Assembly (NCBI GenBank): GCA_964513285.1
Contig: CAZEML010000001.1
Location: 6,702 to 66,762 of the forward strand
Origin: an uncultured Candidatus Nemicrothrix sp.
Lineage (GTDB): Bacteria > Actinomycetota > Acidimicrobiia > Acidimicrobiales > Aldehydirespiratoraceae
DNA length: 60,061 nt
Direction: 5' to 3'
The notes below the pieces were generated by a model. That model worked only from the letters and a program-made list of their open reading frames with translations. It was not told where the DNA came from and made no database searches. How positions within the stretch are numbered: position 1 is the stretch's first letter; each line of letters opens with the position of its first letter. Shown in pieces: positions 8,334 through 17,763 of the stretch. Both the position numbers and the translations under genes were made by a program.

Positions 8334-10049
8334 CTACTTGCCCTGGCGCTTCTGGATGTTGGCCCACTCGTCGCGCAGGCCGACCGTGCGGTGGAACATC
8401 GTCGGCGCCGTACCCGGATCATCGTCGAGATCGCGGGCGAAGTACCCGAGCCGCTCGAACTGCACGACCTCACCCGGCGCGATGTCGGCGATGCCGGGCT
8501 CGGCCTTGGCATGACGGATCGTGCGCGACTCCGGGTTGAGCGAAGCGAGGGGATCCTCACCGTCAGCACCGGGATGCGGGTCGGTGAACAACCGCTCGTA
8601 CAGGGCGACGTCGAGATCGACCGCATGGTCGGCGGACACCCAGTGGATCGTGGCCTTCACCTTGCGTCCGTCGGGCGCCTGACCGCCGGCGGTCTCGGGG
8701 TCGTAGGTGCACAGCAGGCGAGTGACCTCGCCGTCGGGGCCGGTCTCGACCTCGTTGCAGGTGATGAAGTAGCCCGCCCGCAGTCGGACCTCACGGCCCG
8801 GCGCGAGCCGGAAGAACTTCTTCGGTGGGTCAACCATGAAGTCGTCGCGCTCGATGAAGAGCCGACCCGAGAACGGAACCTCGCGCGTGCCGGCGGACTC
8901 GTCCTCCGGGTTGTTGATCGCCTCGCGGACATCGGCCTGACCCTCGGGCCAGTTGGTGATGACGACCTCGATCGGGTCGAGCACGACCATGCGCCGCAGC
9001 GCGTTGGCGTTGTGGTGGGTGCGGACGAACGACTCGAGCAGCTCGATCTCGTGGGTGCCGTTGACCTTGGCGATGCCGATGTGACCGGCGAAGTCCCGGA
9101 TCGCCTGCGCGGGGTAGCCCCGACGACGCAGGCCACGAATCGTGGGCATGCGGGCGTCGTCCCAGCCGTCGACATGGCCCTCTTCGACCAGCTGCAGCAG
9201 CTTGCGCTTGCTCAGCACGGTGTGGGGGAGGTTGAGGCGGGCGAACTCGGTCTGACGCGGACGGTCCGAGCCGAGCCCGAGCTGCTCCATGTACCAGTCG
9301 TAGAGCGGCCGGTGACTGTCGAACTCGAGCGTGCACAGCGAGTGGGTCGTGCCCTCGATCGCGTCGGACTGGCCGTGCGCCCAGTCGTAGGTCGGGTACA
9401 CCTTCCAGCGGTCGCCGGTGCGGAAGTGGTGTTCGTCGCGGATCCGGTACATCACGGGATCACGCATCTGCATGTTCTCGTGATTCATGTCGATCTTGGC
9501 CCGCAGCACCCGCGAGCCTTCCTCGAACTCGCCGGCGGTCATCCGGGCGAACAGGTCGAGGTTCTCCTCGACACTGCGGCCGCGCCACGGTGAATCGACC
9601 CCAGGGGTGGTGAAGCCACCGCGGTTGAGCGAGATCGTCTCCGCGTCCTGGTCGTCGACATACGCGAGGCCGGCCTCGATCAACTGCACCGCCCAGGCGT
9701 GGAGCTGCTCGAAGTAGTCCGATGCATAGACGACCGACTCCGGCTCGAAGCCGAGCCAGCGGACATCGTCCTGGATCGCCTCGACGAAGCGTTCGTCTTC
9801 GGTCTCGGGGTTGGTGTCGTCGAACCGCAGCATGGTCGTGCCGCCGAACTCGTCGGCCGCGCCGAAGTTGAGACAGATCGACTTCGCGTGCCCGATGTGC
9901 AGGAACCCGTTGGGCTCGGGCGGGAAGCGGGTTTGCACGCGGCCGCCGTAGGGGCCATCCGACGAATGCTGCTTGAGCATCTCGCGAATGAAGTCGGTGC
10001 CCGAGTTGCTCGTCGGGCCCTCGCGGTCGTCGCCAGGGGTCGCGTTCAC
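8334..10049 (-). CDS. glnS: Glutaminyl-tRNA synthetase
   Basis: FPPEPNGFLHIGHAKSICLNFG (HIGH) and VLSKRKL (KMSKS-like) with collinear similarity to E. coli GlnRS. GTG at 10049 (VNATPGDDREGPTSNSGTDFIREML) gives 571 aa, close to E. coli size. The in-frame ATG at 10133 would overlap the divergent gene start, so the start is uncertain. Confidence 0.85.
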   Translation of the reverse strand: MNATPGDDREGPTSNSGTDFIREMLKQHSSDGPYGGRVQTRFPPEPNGFLHIGHAKSICLNFGAADEFGGTTMLRFDDTNPETEDERFVEAIQDDVRWLGFEPESVVYASDYFEQLHAWAVQLIEAGLAYVDDQDAETISLNRGGFTTPGVDSPWRGRSVEENLDLFARMTAGEFEEGSRVLRAKIDMNHENMQMRDPVMYRIRDEHHFRTGDRWKVYPTYDWAHGQSDAIEGTTHSLCTLEFDSHRPLYDWYMEQLGLGSDRPRQTEFARLNLPHTVLSKRKLLQLVEEGHVDGWDDARMPTIRGLRRRGYPAQAIRDFAGHIGIAKVNGTHEIELLESFVRTHHNANALRRMVVLDPIEVVITNWPEGQADVREAINNPEDESAGTREVPFSGRLFIERDDFMVDPPKKFFRLAPGREVRLRAGYFITCNEVETGPDGEVTRLLCTYDPETAGGQAPDGRKVKATIHWVSADHAVDLDVALYERLFTDPHPGADGEDPLASLNPESRTIRHAKAEPGIADIAPGEVVQFERLGYFARDLDDDPGTAPTMFHRTVGLRDEWANIQKRQGK

Positions 10050-10131
10050 CCCGTCATCCAACCGGGCGGAGGCGTCGACCGCAACGACCACACGAGACAC
10101 GGCCTCAGCCGGTGGCCTACAGTGCCGGACC

Positions 10132-10551
10132 ATGGCTACGGGTACTTCGGAAAAGCAGCTGGTCGACCGCCTCAAGACGGTCCCGACCTTCGCCACCACC
10201 TCGACCAAGCAGCGCAAGCAACTCGCGACGCTCGGCAAGGTCCTCAAGTGGAAGGAAGGCTCGACCCCGATCGCTGAAGGCAGCAAGGGCGCCGCGTTCT
10301 TCTTGATCCTCAGCGGCTCGGCCGAAGTCACCAAGGGCGGCGCCCGCGTGGCGGTCGTCAGCGCCGGTGAGTTCGTCGGCGAACTCGCCCTCCTGAGCAA
10401 CAGCCCGCGCACCGCGACGGTCACCGCGCTGAGCGACTGCGAAGTGTTCGCCCTCGGCCGTCCGGCCCTCGCCGCCGCCTTCAAGGCCGACTCCGGCATG
10501 GCGCTCAACATGCTCGAGGCCATGGCCACCCGGATGGCCGGCACGATGTGA
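10132..10551 (+). CDS. Cyclic nucleotide-binding domain protein (stand-alone cNMP-binding)
   Basis: MATGTSEKQL start. Motif FFLILSGSAEV...GEFVGELALLSNSPRTATVTA matches the cNMP-binding phosphate-binding cassette (FGELALL...R(S/T)A(T/S)V). Confidence 0.75.
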   Translation: MATGTSEKQLVDRLKTVPTFATTSTKQRKQLATLGKVLKWKEGSTPIAEGSKGAAFFLILSGSAEVTKGGARVAVVSAGEFVGELALLSNSPRTATVTALSDCEVFALGRPALAAAFKADSGMALNMLEAMATRMAGTM

Positions 10552-10603
10552 TCCTGCAGTCCGGCACCCGTCCGCTCCGGCGGCCGTGCTGCCAGACTGC
10601 CGT

Positions 10604-11773
10604 ATGACGAATCGTCCGCTCGACGGCATCCGGGTCATCGACTTCTCGCGGGTCCTCGCCGGCCCGCTGATCGGACAGTTGCTGGGTGATCTCGGCGCCG
10701 ACGTGATCAAGGTCGAGCGCCCCGGCCACGGCGACGACACGCGCACGTGGGGTCCGCCGTGGCACCAGCCCGACGACACCGACGAGCCCGACGCCACCTA
10801 CTACCTGTCGTTGAACCGCAACAAGCGGTCGATCGTCCTCGACCTCAAGGACGCGGACGATCTCGCGTTCGCTCAACGGCTCGCCCGCACCGGCGACATC
10901 GTGCTCGACAACTTCAAGCCGGGATTCACCGAGACGCTCGGCATCGACCGCGCCAGCCTCGCGGCCGACAACCCGGCGGTGATCACCGCGACGATCACCG
11001 CGTTCGGCGCTGCATCCGACGCGTCGCATCTGCCCGGGTACGACCTCGTCGCCCAGGGCATGGGTGGTCTCATGCACCTGACCGGCGAGGCCGACGGTCG
11101 TCCGCTTCGGGTCGGGGTCCCGTTGATCGACATGTTCGCCGGGTACAACGCGACCGTCGGCGTCCTCGCCGCGTTGGCGGAGATGCGAACCACGGGCGTG
11201 GGTCGCCACGTCGAGGTCTCGCTCTACGACGCCGCCCTCCACTCACTGCTCAACCACCAGACCGCCGTCTTGATGGCGGGCGCCGAGCCGGGTCGCGGCG
11301 GCAACCGGCATCCGTCGATCGCCCCGTACGAGAGTTACACGTGCGCCGACGGCGACATCATCATCGCGGCCGCCAACGACAAGCTCTTCGCCGGCCTGTG
11401 CCGAGTGATCGACCGGCCCGATCTCATCGACGACCCCCGGTTCGCCCACAACACGATCCGCCGCTCGAACGTGATCGAACTGAACGAGATCATCAACGGC
11501 GCCCTCGCCACCGACACCAGGACGGCCTGGATCGACAAGCTTCGAGGGGAGGACGTTCCGTGCGGCCCGATCAACTCGTTGAACGAGGCGATCGCCTGGG
11601 GCATCGAGATGAACATGGAGACCGTCGTCGAGGGAGCCGACGGCTACCGCTCGGTCCGTAATCCGATCCGCATCGACGGCGAGGTCGCGACGGAGGCCCG
11701 GCGCCCACCGCGCCTCGGCGAACACGACGACGAGATCCGCGCCGAGGTCGAGGGCTGGGACACCGGGGCGTGA
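10604..11773 (+). CDS. Family III CoA-transferase (CaiB/BaiF)
   Basis: MTNRPLDGIRVIDFSRVLAGPLIGQLLGDLGADVIKVERPGHGDDTRTWGPP is the canonical N-terminus of CoA_transf_3. Confidence 0.85.
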   Translation: MTNRPLDGIRVIDFSRVLAGPLIGQLLGDLGADVIKVERPGHGDDTRTWGPPWHQPDDTDEPDATYYLSLNRNKRSIVLDLKDADDLAFAQRLARTGDIVLDNFKPGFTETLGIDRASLAADNPAVITATITAFGAASDASHLPGYDLVAQGMGGLMHLTGEADGRPLRVGVPLIDMFAGYNATVGVLAALAEMRTTGVGRHVEVSLYDAALHSLLNHQTAVLMAGAEPGRGGNRHPSIAPYESYTCADGDIIIAAANDKLFAGLCRVIDRPDLIDDPRFAHNTIRRSNVIELNEIINGALATDTRTAWIDKLRGEDVPCGPINSLNEAIAWGIEMNMETVVEGADGYRSVRNPIRIDGEVATEARRPPRLGEHDDEIRAEVEGWDTGA

Positions 11774-12156
11774 CCCGCCACATCGGACTCTTCAGCATCC
11801 TGGTCCCCGACTACGACGACGCGATCGACCACTTCGTGAACGAGCTCGGGTTCGAGCTGGTCGAAGACATCGATGAAGGGCGAAAGCGCTGGGTCGTCGT
11901 CCGGCCCGGACCTGAGGCCCAGACCGGCGTGGTCTTGGCCAAGGCGTCGACGCCGGACCAGCAGGCACTCGTCGGCACCCAACTCGGCGGTCGGATCGGC
12001 TTCTTCCTCTACACCGACGACTTCGCCCGCGACCATGCCCGCATGACCGCCGCCGGGATCCACTTCCGGGAGGAGCCTCGGGACGAGCCCTACGGCACCG
12101 TTGCGGTGTTCGAGGACAAGTACGGCAACGGCTGGGACCTGCTGCAGCCCCGCTAG
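11770..12156 (+). CDS. VOC/glyoxalase-bleomycin resistance family protein
   Basis: GTG start overlaps the upstream stop by 4 nt. The ~128-aa size and pattern HIGLFSILVPDYDDAIDHFVNELGFEL...DKYGNGWDL fit glyoxalase-fold proteins. Confidence 0.65.
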   Translation: MTRHIGLFSILVPDYDDAIDHFVNELGFELVEDIDEGRKRWVVVRPGPEAQTGVVLAKASTPDQQALVGTQLGGRIGFFLYTDDFARDHARMTAAGIHFREEPRDEPYGTVAVFEDKYGNGWDLLQPR

Positions 12157-13163
12157 CCGGTCACGTTCCGCGTCACCGCGACGATCGACCCGGCGCCGTG
12201 GTCGGTGACGAGCAACCGATCGCCGTCGGCGACGAGGTGCTGGGGTCGATCGAAGACGAGATCGAGTGGTTCGGGCGCGGCGCCGGCGTCGGCCGGGTCG
12301 AGGGACACCGTCACGAGCCGTTGCTCCACCCAGAGGGCGACCACGAGCTGCGTCCGATCCCACGGTGCGACGGCGAGCCCGGTCGGTGTCGCACCGACCC
12401 CGAGGATCGCTTGCGAGTTCGGGACGCCGGCACACGGGTCGACGACACCGGACTCGACCACCGGTCGGTTGTCGTCGACACAACTCGGCCACCCGTGGTT
12501 GCTGCCCTCGGCGACCGCGACGATCTCATCGGCGGCGCGGATGTCGTCGTAGCTGCCGTCGGTCATCTCGGTCGACCACAGCACTCCGGCGTCGTCACGA
12601 ACGTGGGCGTAGGCGTGCTTGAACCCGAACGCGACCTGGGTGACCTGCCCTGACGCGTCGATGGCCCACAGGGCGCCCGAGATGTCGACCGGCGACTCGC
12701 CCGCGCTCGTCGGCGTGCGCCGGGTCGTCCCCGACGTGTCGAAGAGCAGTCGATCGCCGTCGACGGTGAGCGTGCCTTCGGAACGCCCGTTGAACGCGAG
12801 GTTCTCCACGACCACCTCACGGTCAGAACCGTCCAGCGGACCGCGGGTGAGGCGGCGTTCCTCCATCACCCAGAGCTCGCCGGCGAAGACCGCGACCCCG
12901 GTCGGTTTCGTAAGCCCGTCGAGGACGACGACCGGCGCGGCATCGAGATCGCCGGGGTCGAGGCGAAGGACCTGGCCGGTGCCGTCGTCTTCCGCGCCGT
13001 TCAACTGCGCCACGAACCAGGCATCGTCGGTGACCGCGAGTTGGGTGGGGCGATCGAGACCGTCGACGACGACCACCGCCGCGAACGGCTCGACCGGTTC
13101 GTCGCTTCCACAGCCGGCCGCGAGAACGCTCGTGAGCGCGAGGGCGGAGAGCACTCGCCTCAC
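12153..13163 (-). CDS. Secreted lipoprotein, PQQ-dependent sugar (sorbosone/glucose) dehydrogenase-like beta-propeller
   Basis: MRRVLSALALTSVLAAGCGSD (lipobox). GSNHGWPSC motif and overall repeat character resemble the soluble glucose/sorbosone dehydrogenase family. Confidence 0.5.
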   Translation of the reverse strand: MRRVLSALALTSVLAAGCGSDEPVEPFAAVVVVDGLDRPTQLAVTDDAWFVAQLNGAEDDGTGQVLRLDPGDLDAAPVVVLDGLTKPTGVAVFAGELWVMEERRLTRGPLDGSDREVVVENLAFNGRSEGTLTVDGDRLLFDTSGTTRRTPTSAGESPVDISGALWAIDASGQVTQVAFGFKHAYAHVRDDAGVLWSTEMTDGSYDDIRAADEIVAVAEGSNHGWPSCVDDNRPVVESGVVDPCAGVPNSQAILGVGATPTGLAVAPWDRTQLVVALWVEQRLVTVSLDPADAGAAPEPLDLVFDRPQHLVADGDRLLVTDHGAGSIVAVTRNVTG

Positions 13164-14128
13164 GAGGTGAGGGCGTCAGCGGCAGCTCGCCCCGAGAGGA
13201 AGGCGCCCTCGACCTTCGGACCGGCGAACGCCTCGCCCGCGAGGGCGATCAGCGGCGCGCCACCCCACACCACGGTCGGCTCGGGCCAGACCTCGACCGG
13301 ACCCGCATACCGCCAGCGCTGGACCTGCACCGCGTGCGCCCCGTCGAGATCCGCAGCCGGGCCGAGCAGGTCGCGGGCGGCGGCGACCGCTCGCGCCACC
13401 ACCTCGTCGTCGCTCGCGTCCCAGAGTTCGTCGCTCAACGCATTCGAGAGATGAACCGTCACGGCCGGAACCGCCGAGATGCCCTTCGCTCGATTGTCGG
13501 CGACGAACGCCAGCTCGGGGTGATCGAGGTACTGGGCGCCGCCGTGCCGGGCGAGACCGGTCGGATCGGTCGAGGGCGCCAACAACACCGCGATCGTCGG
13601 CTTGTAGTGGATCTCCGCCAACCGAGTCGCCAGGGCGGGGTCGGGCAGCAGACCACAGAACGCGAGGGTGGCGAGTGCTTGGGGAACCGGTGCGGTGTGG
13701 ACGATTGCGTCGACGGGGTCGGCCGCCAACTCATCGCCGAGATCGAGGATGCGCCGACCCAACTCCGGCCGGAGTCCTGCGTCGTCCGCCATCCATTTGC
13801 ACAGCGAGGTCATGCCCTCGCTGCCACGCCAGCGCGGATAGCCGTCCGGCTCCCGGCTGAACCCACGCGTCCATTCGACGACCGAGCCGGCGTCGACCGC
13901 CGCGGCGATCGTCGTCGCGAACGCGTCGCTGCGCGTGGTGAAGAACTGGGCGCCGTGATCGAACCGGGCTGTCCCGTTCGGCGTCTCGAGTCGCCGCGAC
14001 GCCATGCGACCGCCGACGCCTCGGCCCTTGTCGACGATGCGGATGTCGTCGCGGTCGATGCCGAGCTCGAGCAGTCGGCGAGCGGCAGACAGGCCGGCGA
14101 TACCGGCGCCGATGACGAGGACGCGCAT
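13160..14128 (-). CDS. NAD(P)/FAD-dependent oxidoreductase (amine oxidase / renalase-like)
   Basis: MRVLVIGAGIAGLSAARRL dinucleotide-binding motif followed by DKGRGVGGRM. Stop overlaps the downstream gene start (13160-13163). Confidence 0.65.
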   Translation of the reverse strand: MRVLVIGAGIAGLSAARRLLELGIDRDDIRIVDKGRGVGGRMASRRLETPNGTARFDHGAQFFTTRSDAFATTIAAAVDAGSVVEWTRGFSREPDGYPRWRGSEGMTSLCKWMADDAGLRPELGRRILDLGDELAADPVDAIVHTAPVPQALATLAFCGLLPDPALATRLAEIHYKPTIAVLLAPSTDPTGLARHGGAQYLDHPELAFVADNRAKGISAVPAVTVHLSNALSDELWDASDDEVVARAVAAARDLLGPAADLDGAHAVQVQRWRYAGPVEVWPEPTVVWGGAPLIALAGEAFAGPKVEGAFLSGRAAADALTS

Positions 14129-14165
14129 GGGGCGAGTCTGGCAGGCCCGACCTCGCTGTGGCGGG

Positions 14166-15023
14166 TCAGTCCATCAGGGCGTCGGCCCGCACCGGGGCGG
14201 CCGCGGCCGCCCGATGTTCGTCGGTGACCTTGCCGTACAGGCTCCGGATGCGCTGCACGGAGCCGACCGACCCCGCGGCCTCGCTGAACGACATGATCAA
14301 CAGCAACCGGGTCGTGTCACCGAGGTTCGGTGTCACGCGGTGCAGCGAGAAGCGACCGAGGAAGAACTGCAGATCCCCGGGTTGCAGGTCGAGCGTGCGG
14401 ACGCCGTCGCGACCTCCGTCGAGGATGGCGGTGACCCCCGCTTCGTTCTCGTCCGCAGGCGAGCGCAGGTCGGGCACGTACTCGAACTGCCCACCATCGT
14501 CCGCGGCCTGCAACAGCATCGTGATGGTGAATTCGTTGGTGTCGAAGTGCCAGTTGAACTCCTGCCCGGTCCGCTGGACGTTGACGATCATGTTCGAGAC
14601 CGGGTCCTCATAGACGTGGAGCTCGTCCTTGCCGAGACAGTCCTGGAGGAAGTCCTTCAACGGTCCCCAGTCGTAGAGCCGCTTCGACGCGGTGTCGAGA
14701 TCCCATTCGTCGGCGCGCACGAAGCCGTTCGTCCGAGGGAAGAACCGGTTGCGGGGATGGTCGTCGGGTAGGTCGGGGTCGGGGTCGCCCAGATGCACGT
14801 TGGCTTGGTTCTTCGGGTTGTAGAACGCCCTCGGCTCCCGTGCGATCGCCTCCGCCAGGAGGGCCGCGTGACCGGCCTCGCTGAGGAATCCGGGGAGCAC
14901 CGCGCAGCCGTCGTCGGCGAGCGACGCACGGACTTCCGCCACCACGTCACGTCGACGATCACCCGTCGCCGCGATCGGGTAGCGCTCGCTGTCGATGAGG
15001 TCGTGCGGGGCGAGGCCGGACAT
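14166..15023 (-). CDS. Fe(II)/2OG-dependent oxygenase family protein
   Basis: NWHFDTNEF (HxD) and a distal FSLHRV His, ~285 aa. HxD rather than HxG/A argues for a hydroxylase, not a halogenase. Confidence 0.55.
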   Translation of the reverse strand: MSGLAPHDLIDSERYPIAATGDRRRDVVAEVRASLADDGCAVLPGFLSEAGHAALLAEAIAREPRAFYNPKNQANVHLGDPDPDLPDDHPRNRFFPRTNGFVRADEWDLDTASKRLYDWGPLKDFLQDCLGKDELHVYEDPVSNMIVNVQRTGQEFNWHFDTNEFTITMLLQAADDGGQFEYVPDLRSPADENEAGVTAILDGGRDGVRTLDLQPGDLQFFLGRFSLHRVTPNLGDTTRLLLIMSFSEAAGSVGSVQRIRSLYGKVTDEHRAAAAAPVRADALMD

Positions 15024-15070
15024 CGCAAAACTGTACGCGTGTTCAATTTCGAGGGCTAGCGTTCGCCGCC

Positions 15071-15685
15071 ATGGCGGAGATCGATCTGGTGGCGTGGGAC
15101 TTCGGTGACACCCTCGTGCACGAACGCTTCATGCGCATCGCGCCCGACGGCGTCCCCGAGTGGCCGACGGTGTACGACCGGTTCTTCGAAGCCCACCCCG
15201 AGTTCGAGGATCGACTCGATCACGGGCGGGCGTCGATGATCGAGATGATCCCGTGGCTGGCGGAACAGACCGGCATGACGGGATCCGCCGTCGCCCGTCA
15301 CCTCCGTCACGTGTGGACCCAGATCGAATGGTTCGAACCGAGCCGGCGGTGGCTCCTCGGCCTGTCCGGTCGGGTGGCGCAAGCCGTCGTGACCGTGAAT
15401 CCGTTCGAGTTCTCGGGGATGGCGACCGCGTGTGGGCTCGATCCCCACGTCGAACTCATCGTCACGAGCGCCGACATCGGCGACCGCAGCAAGCCCGCGA
15501 TGGCACGGGTCGCCCGCGAGCTGCTCGGCCTCCCGCTGGGCCTCGGCACGACCGTGCTGATCGACAACCGGGCCGACAACGTCGCCGACTTCGTCCGGGA
15601 AGGTGGTCACGCCATCCACTTCCGGCCCGAGGACCCGGGGCGGCTCGACGACGAGCTCGCCCAGTACGTCGGCCCGCCCGGCTGA
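15071..15685 (+). CDS. HAD-superfamily hydrolase
   Basis: Motif I VAWDFGDTLV (DxDxT/L) at the N-terminus, later TSADIG..KP and a VLIDNRADN motif. Confidence 0.65.
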   Translation: MAEIDLVAWDFGDTLVHERFMRIAPDGVPEWPTVYDRFFEAHPEFEDRLDHGRASMIEMIPWLAEQTGMTGSAVARHLRHVWTQIEWFEPSRRWLLGLSGRVAQAVVTVNPFEFSGMATACGLDPHVELIVTSADIGDRSKPAMARVARELLGLPLGLGTTVLIDNRADNVADFVREGGHAIHFRPEDPGRLDDELAQYVGPPG

Positions 15686-15738
15686 GGAAAGGCCCATCAC
15701 CCTCTGATCTGAACTCCGTTCTGACCGATACCGGAGGG

Positions 15739-17739
15739 ATGGGATCCGTCGAGACTCGGTCGCCGAGCTCCGCCACGAGCAGCGCCGCCGATCTCAGGGA
15801 CGACCGCTGGGGCGATCGTCGCTGGGTGAGTTCGGCGATCCGGATCCTCGTCGTCGTCATTCCGATCGCCGCCTCGATCGTGCTCACCCGGTGCTACGTC
15901 GCCGTCGTCGACCGCCCGAGCGGATGGCCCGACCAGCTCCCGTTCTGGGTCGGCGCGTTCGTCGTCGCCATTTCGGCCACGACCGTGGTCGACCGGTTCG
16001 CCCGGCGACTGCTCCCCCTCGCTGCGCTGTTTCGGATGTCGCTCGTGTTCCCCGACGAGGCGCCGAGCCGATTCAAGACCGCCCTGCGGCAGGGCAACCC
16101 GCGGAAGCTCGAGGTCATGCTGCTCACCGGGCAGATCACGAGCTCGGGCGAGGCCGCCCAAGCCCTGCTCGGCCTGATCACCCTCGTCGGTGACCACGAT
16201 CGCCTCACCCGCGGTCACTCCGAACGGGTTCGGGCCTACGCCGAACTCATCGGCGACCAGATGGGGCTCGACGCCGACGAGCTCGAGAAGCTCCGTTGGG
16301 GTGCGTTGATCCACGACGTCGGCAAGCTCACCGTGCCGCCGGAGATCCTGAACAAGCCGGGGCGGCCCGACGACGACGAGTGGCAGATCATCCGCTCCCA
16401 CCCCACCGCGTCCGACGCCTATCTCGAACCGCTGCGGGAGTGGCTCGGCGAGTGGGCCTTGGCCGCGACCGAACACCACGAACGGTTCGACGGCCGCGGC
16501 TACCCGAACGGGCTGGCCGGGGAGCAGATCAGTCGAGCCGGTCGGATCGTGGCCGTCGCCGACGCGTTCGACGTCATGAAGTCGGCTCGCAGCTACAAGA
16601 AGCCACTCAGTCCGGCGATCGCCCGTGAAGAGCTGATCCGCAACGCGGGCTCCCAGTTCGATCCCGACGTGGTGCGAGCGTTCCTCGAGGTGTCGCTCGG
16701 CAAGCTCCGAGTCGTCGTCGGCCCGGTGGCGTGGCTCAACGAGCTCGCCTGGGTGATCCGGGTGCCCGAGACGATCTCGACCGCCGTGGTCGCCGCGGCG
16801 GTGTCCGTCGGCACGGTGGTGGCTCCACTCGACGTCGGTGGGCAGGTCGAGACCGCGCCCGTCGAACGGCTGGTGCCGGAGACGACGATCGCCACGACCA
16901 CCACCACACCACTGACCACGACCACCGTCGCGTCACCGGGTCCCACCACCACGGCGAGTACGCCGCCGGCATCGTCCACGACCAGCAGCAGCTCGACGAC
17001 AGCCGCCCCGACGACGACGGTCACCATCGCCGTCGCCACCACCACCGACGCACCCGCGACGACCAGCCCGGTCACCACCGCGGCCCCCACGACGACGGCC
17101 GCCCCCACGACCACCTCGCCTCCCGCACCGACCACGACGGCCGTCGGGTCGACCACCACGGCACCAGCCACCACCGCCCCGCCGACCACCACCGCGGCGC
17201 CCACGACCACGACGACCACGACCATTCCGACCAGCACGACGACCACCCCGCTGCCCGGACTCGGCCTCACCGGCTTCGGCTTCGAGCCGACCGACCCGGG
17301 CGACCTTCCGTCGTCGCTCGCCGACGGCAACCTCACGTCCAACGATCATGTCTTCATCTGGAAGGAGGCGACCGTGGAGTTGGGCGCCTCGATGAACCTC
17401 CGAGAGCCGGGGGTCGGCGGCTGGGTCAACGGCGATGGCGACACCATCGTGACGATCCCCGCCGGCACCAGGCTCTGCGTCTACCACCTCCACGCTGATC
17501 CGAGTTCGGGGGAGCCGGACATGAATGCCGGCATCGACTTCCTCGATCCGGTCGTCGGCCTGACCCTGCGCGAGACCGATCTCGATGCGACGGACCAGTT
17601 CGAGATCGGCGGCGTCGCGTACCACACCGATGGGCTGTGGACCCTCGATCGCCTCAAGGTCGACGGCTCGTATGTCGAACTCGAATTGGACGGCACCGGG
17701 AGCAGCCGAGATCAGCTCCGCATCTTCACCGAGTGCTGA
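15739..17739 (+). CDS. Membrane HD-GYP phosphodiesterase paralog A (2 TM - HD-GYP - TM - Thr/Pro stalk - conserved C-terminal domain)
   Basis: ATG at 15739 preceded by GGAGGG. LIHDVGK (HD) and HHERFDGRGYP (GYP) motifs are intact. Hydrophobic segments lie at the N-terminus and after the HD-GYP domain. A TTTTPLTTTT...APTTT low-complexity linker follows. C-terminal ~155 aa end in SRDQLRIFTEC. The upstream 193 codons of track ORF 15160-17739 overlap the HAD gene and are Arg/Pro-rich. Confidence 0.85.
   Translation: MGSVETRSPSSATSSAADLRDDRWGDRRWVSSAIRILVVVIPIAASIVLTRCYVAVVDRPSGWPDQLPFWVGAFVVAISATTVVDRFARRLLPLAALFRMSLVFPDEAPSRFKTALRQGNPRKLEVMLLTGQITSSGEAAQALLGLITLVGDHDRLTRGHSERVRAYAELIGDQMGLDADELEKLRWGALIHDVGKLTVPPEILNKPGRPDDDEWQIIRSHPTASDAYLEPLREWLGEWALAATEHHERFDGRGYPNGLAGEQISRAGRIVAVADAFDVMKSARSYKKPLSPAIAREELIRNAGSQFDPDVVRAFLEVSLGKLRVVVGPVAWLNELAWVIRVPETISTAVVAAAVSVGTVVAPLDVGGQVETAPVERLVPETTIATTTTTPLTTTTVASPGPTTTASTPPASSTTSSSSTTAAPTTTVTIAVATTTDAPATTSPVTTAAPTTTAAPTTTSPPAPTTTAVGSTTTAPATTAPPTTTAAPTTTTTTTIPTSTTTTPLPGLGLTGFGFEPTDPGDLPSSLADGNLTSNDHVFIWKEATVELGASMNLREPGVGGWVNGDGDTIVTIPAGTRLCVYHLHADPSSGEPDMNAGIDFLDPVVGLTLRETDLDATDQFEIGGVAYHTDGLWTLDRLKVDGSYVELELDGTGSSRDQLRIFTEC
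16880..17250 (+). repeat. Thr/Pro/Ala-rich low-complexity coding repeat (stalk of paralog A)
   Basis: Runs of ACC/ACG/CCG/GCC codons encoding TTIATTTTTPLTTTTVASPGPTTTAS...APTTTTTTTIPTSTTTTP. Confidence 0.9.
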
Positions 17740-17763
17740 CGCGAACCCCGAGTGGAATTCTGT

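Noticed and set aside
15024-15070. Imperfect palindrome TGTACGCGTGTTCA in the divergent promoter between the 2OG oxygenase and the HAD gene
   Set aside because: Only about 10 of 14 positions are symmetric and there is no nearby regulator gene. Too weak to call.
15160-15738. 5' extensions of track ORFs: 15160-15738 for HD-GYP A, 5904-6755 for the cupin, 51573-52121 for the acyltransferase, 40682-41254 for the hotdog protein, 49640-50125 for the 657-aa protein
   Set aside because: The extensions overlap neighbouring well-supported genes in another frame or strand and are Arg/Pro/Ser-rich. Internal starts with RBS-like sequences or start/stop coupling give products matching paralog or family N-termini.
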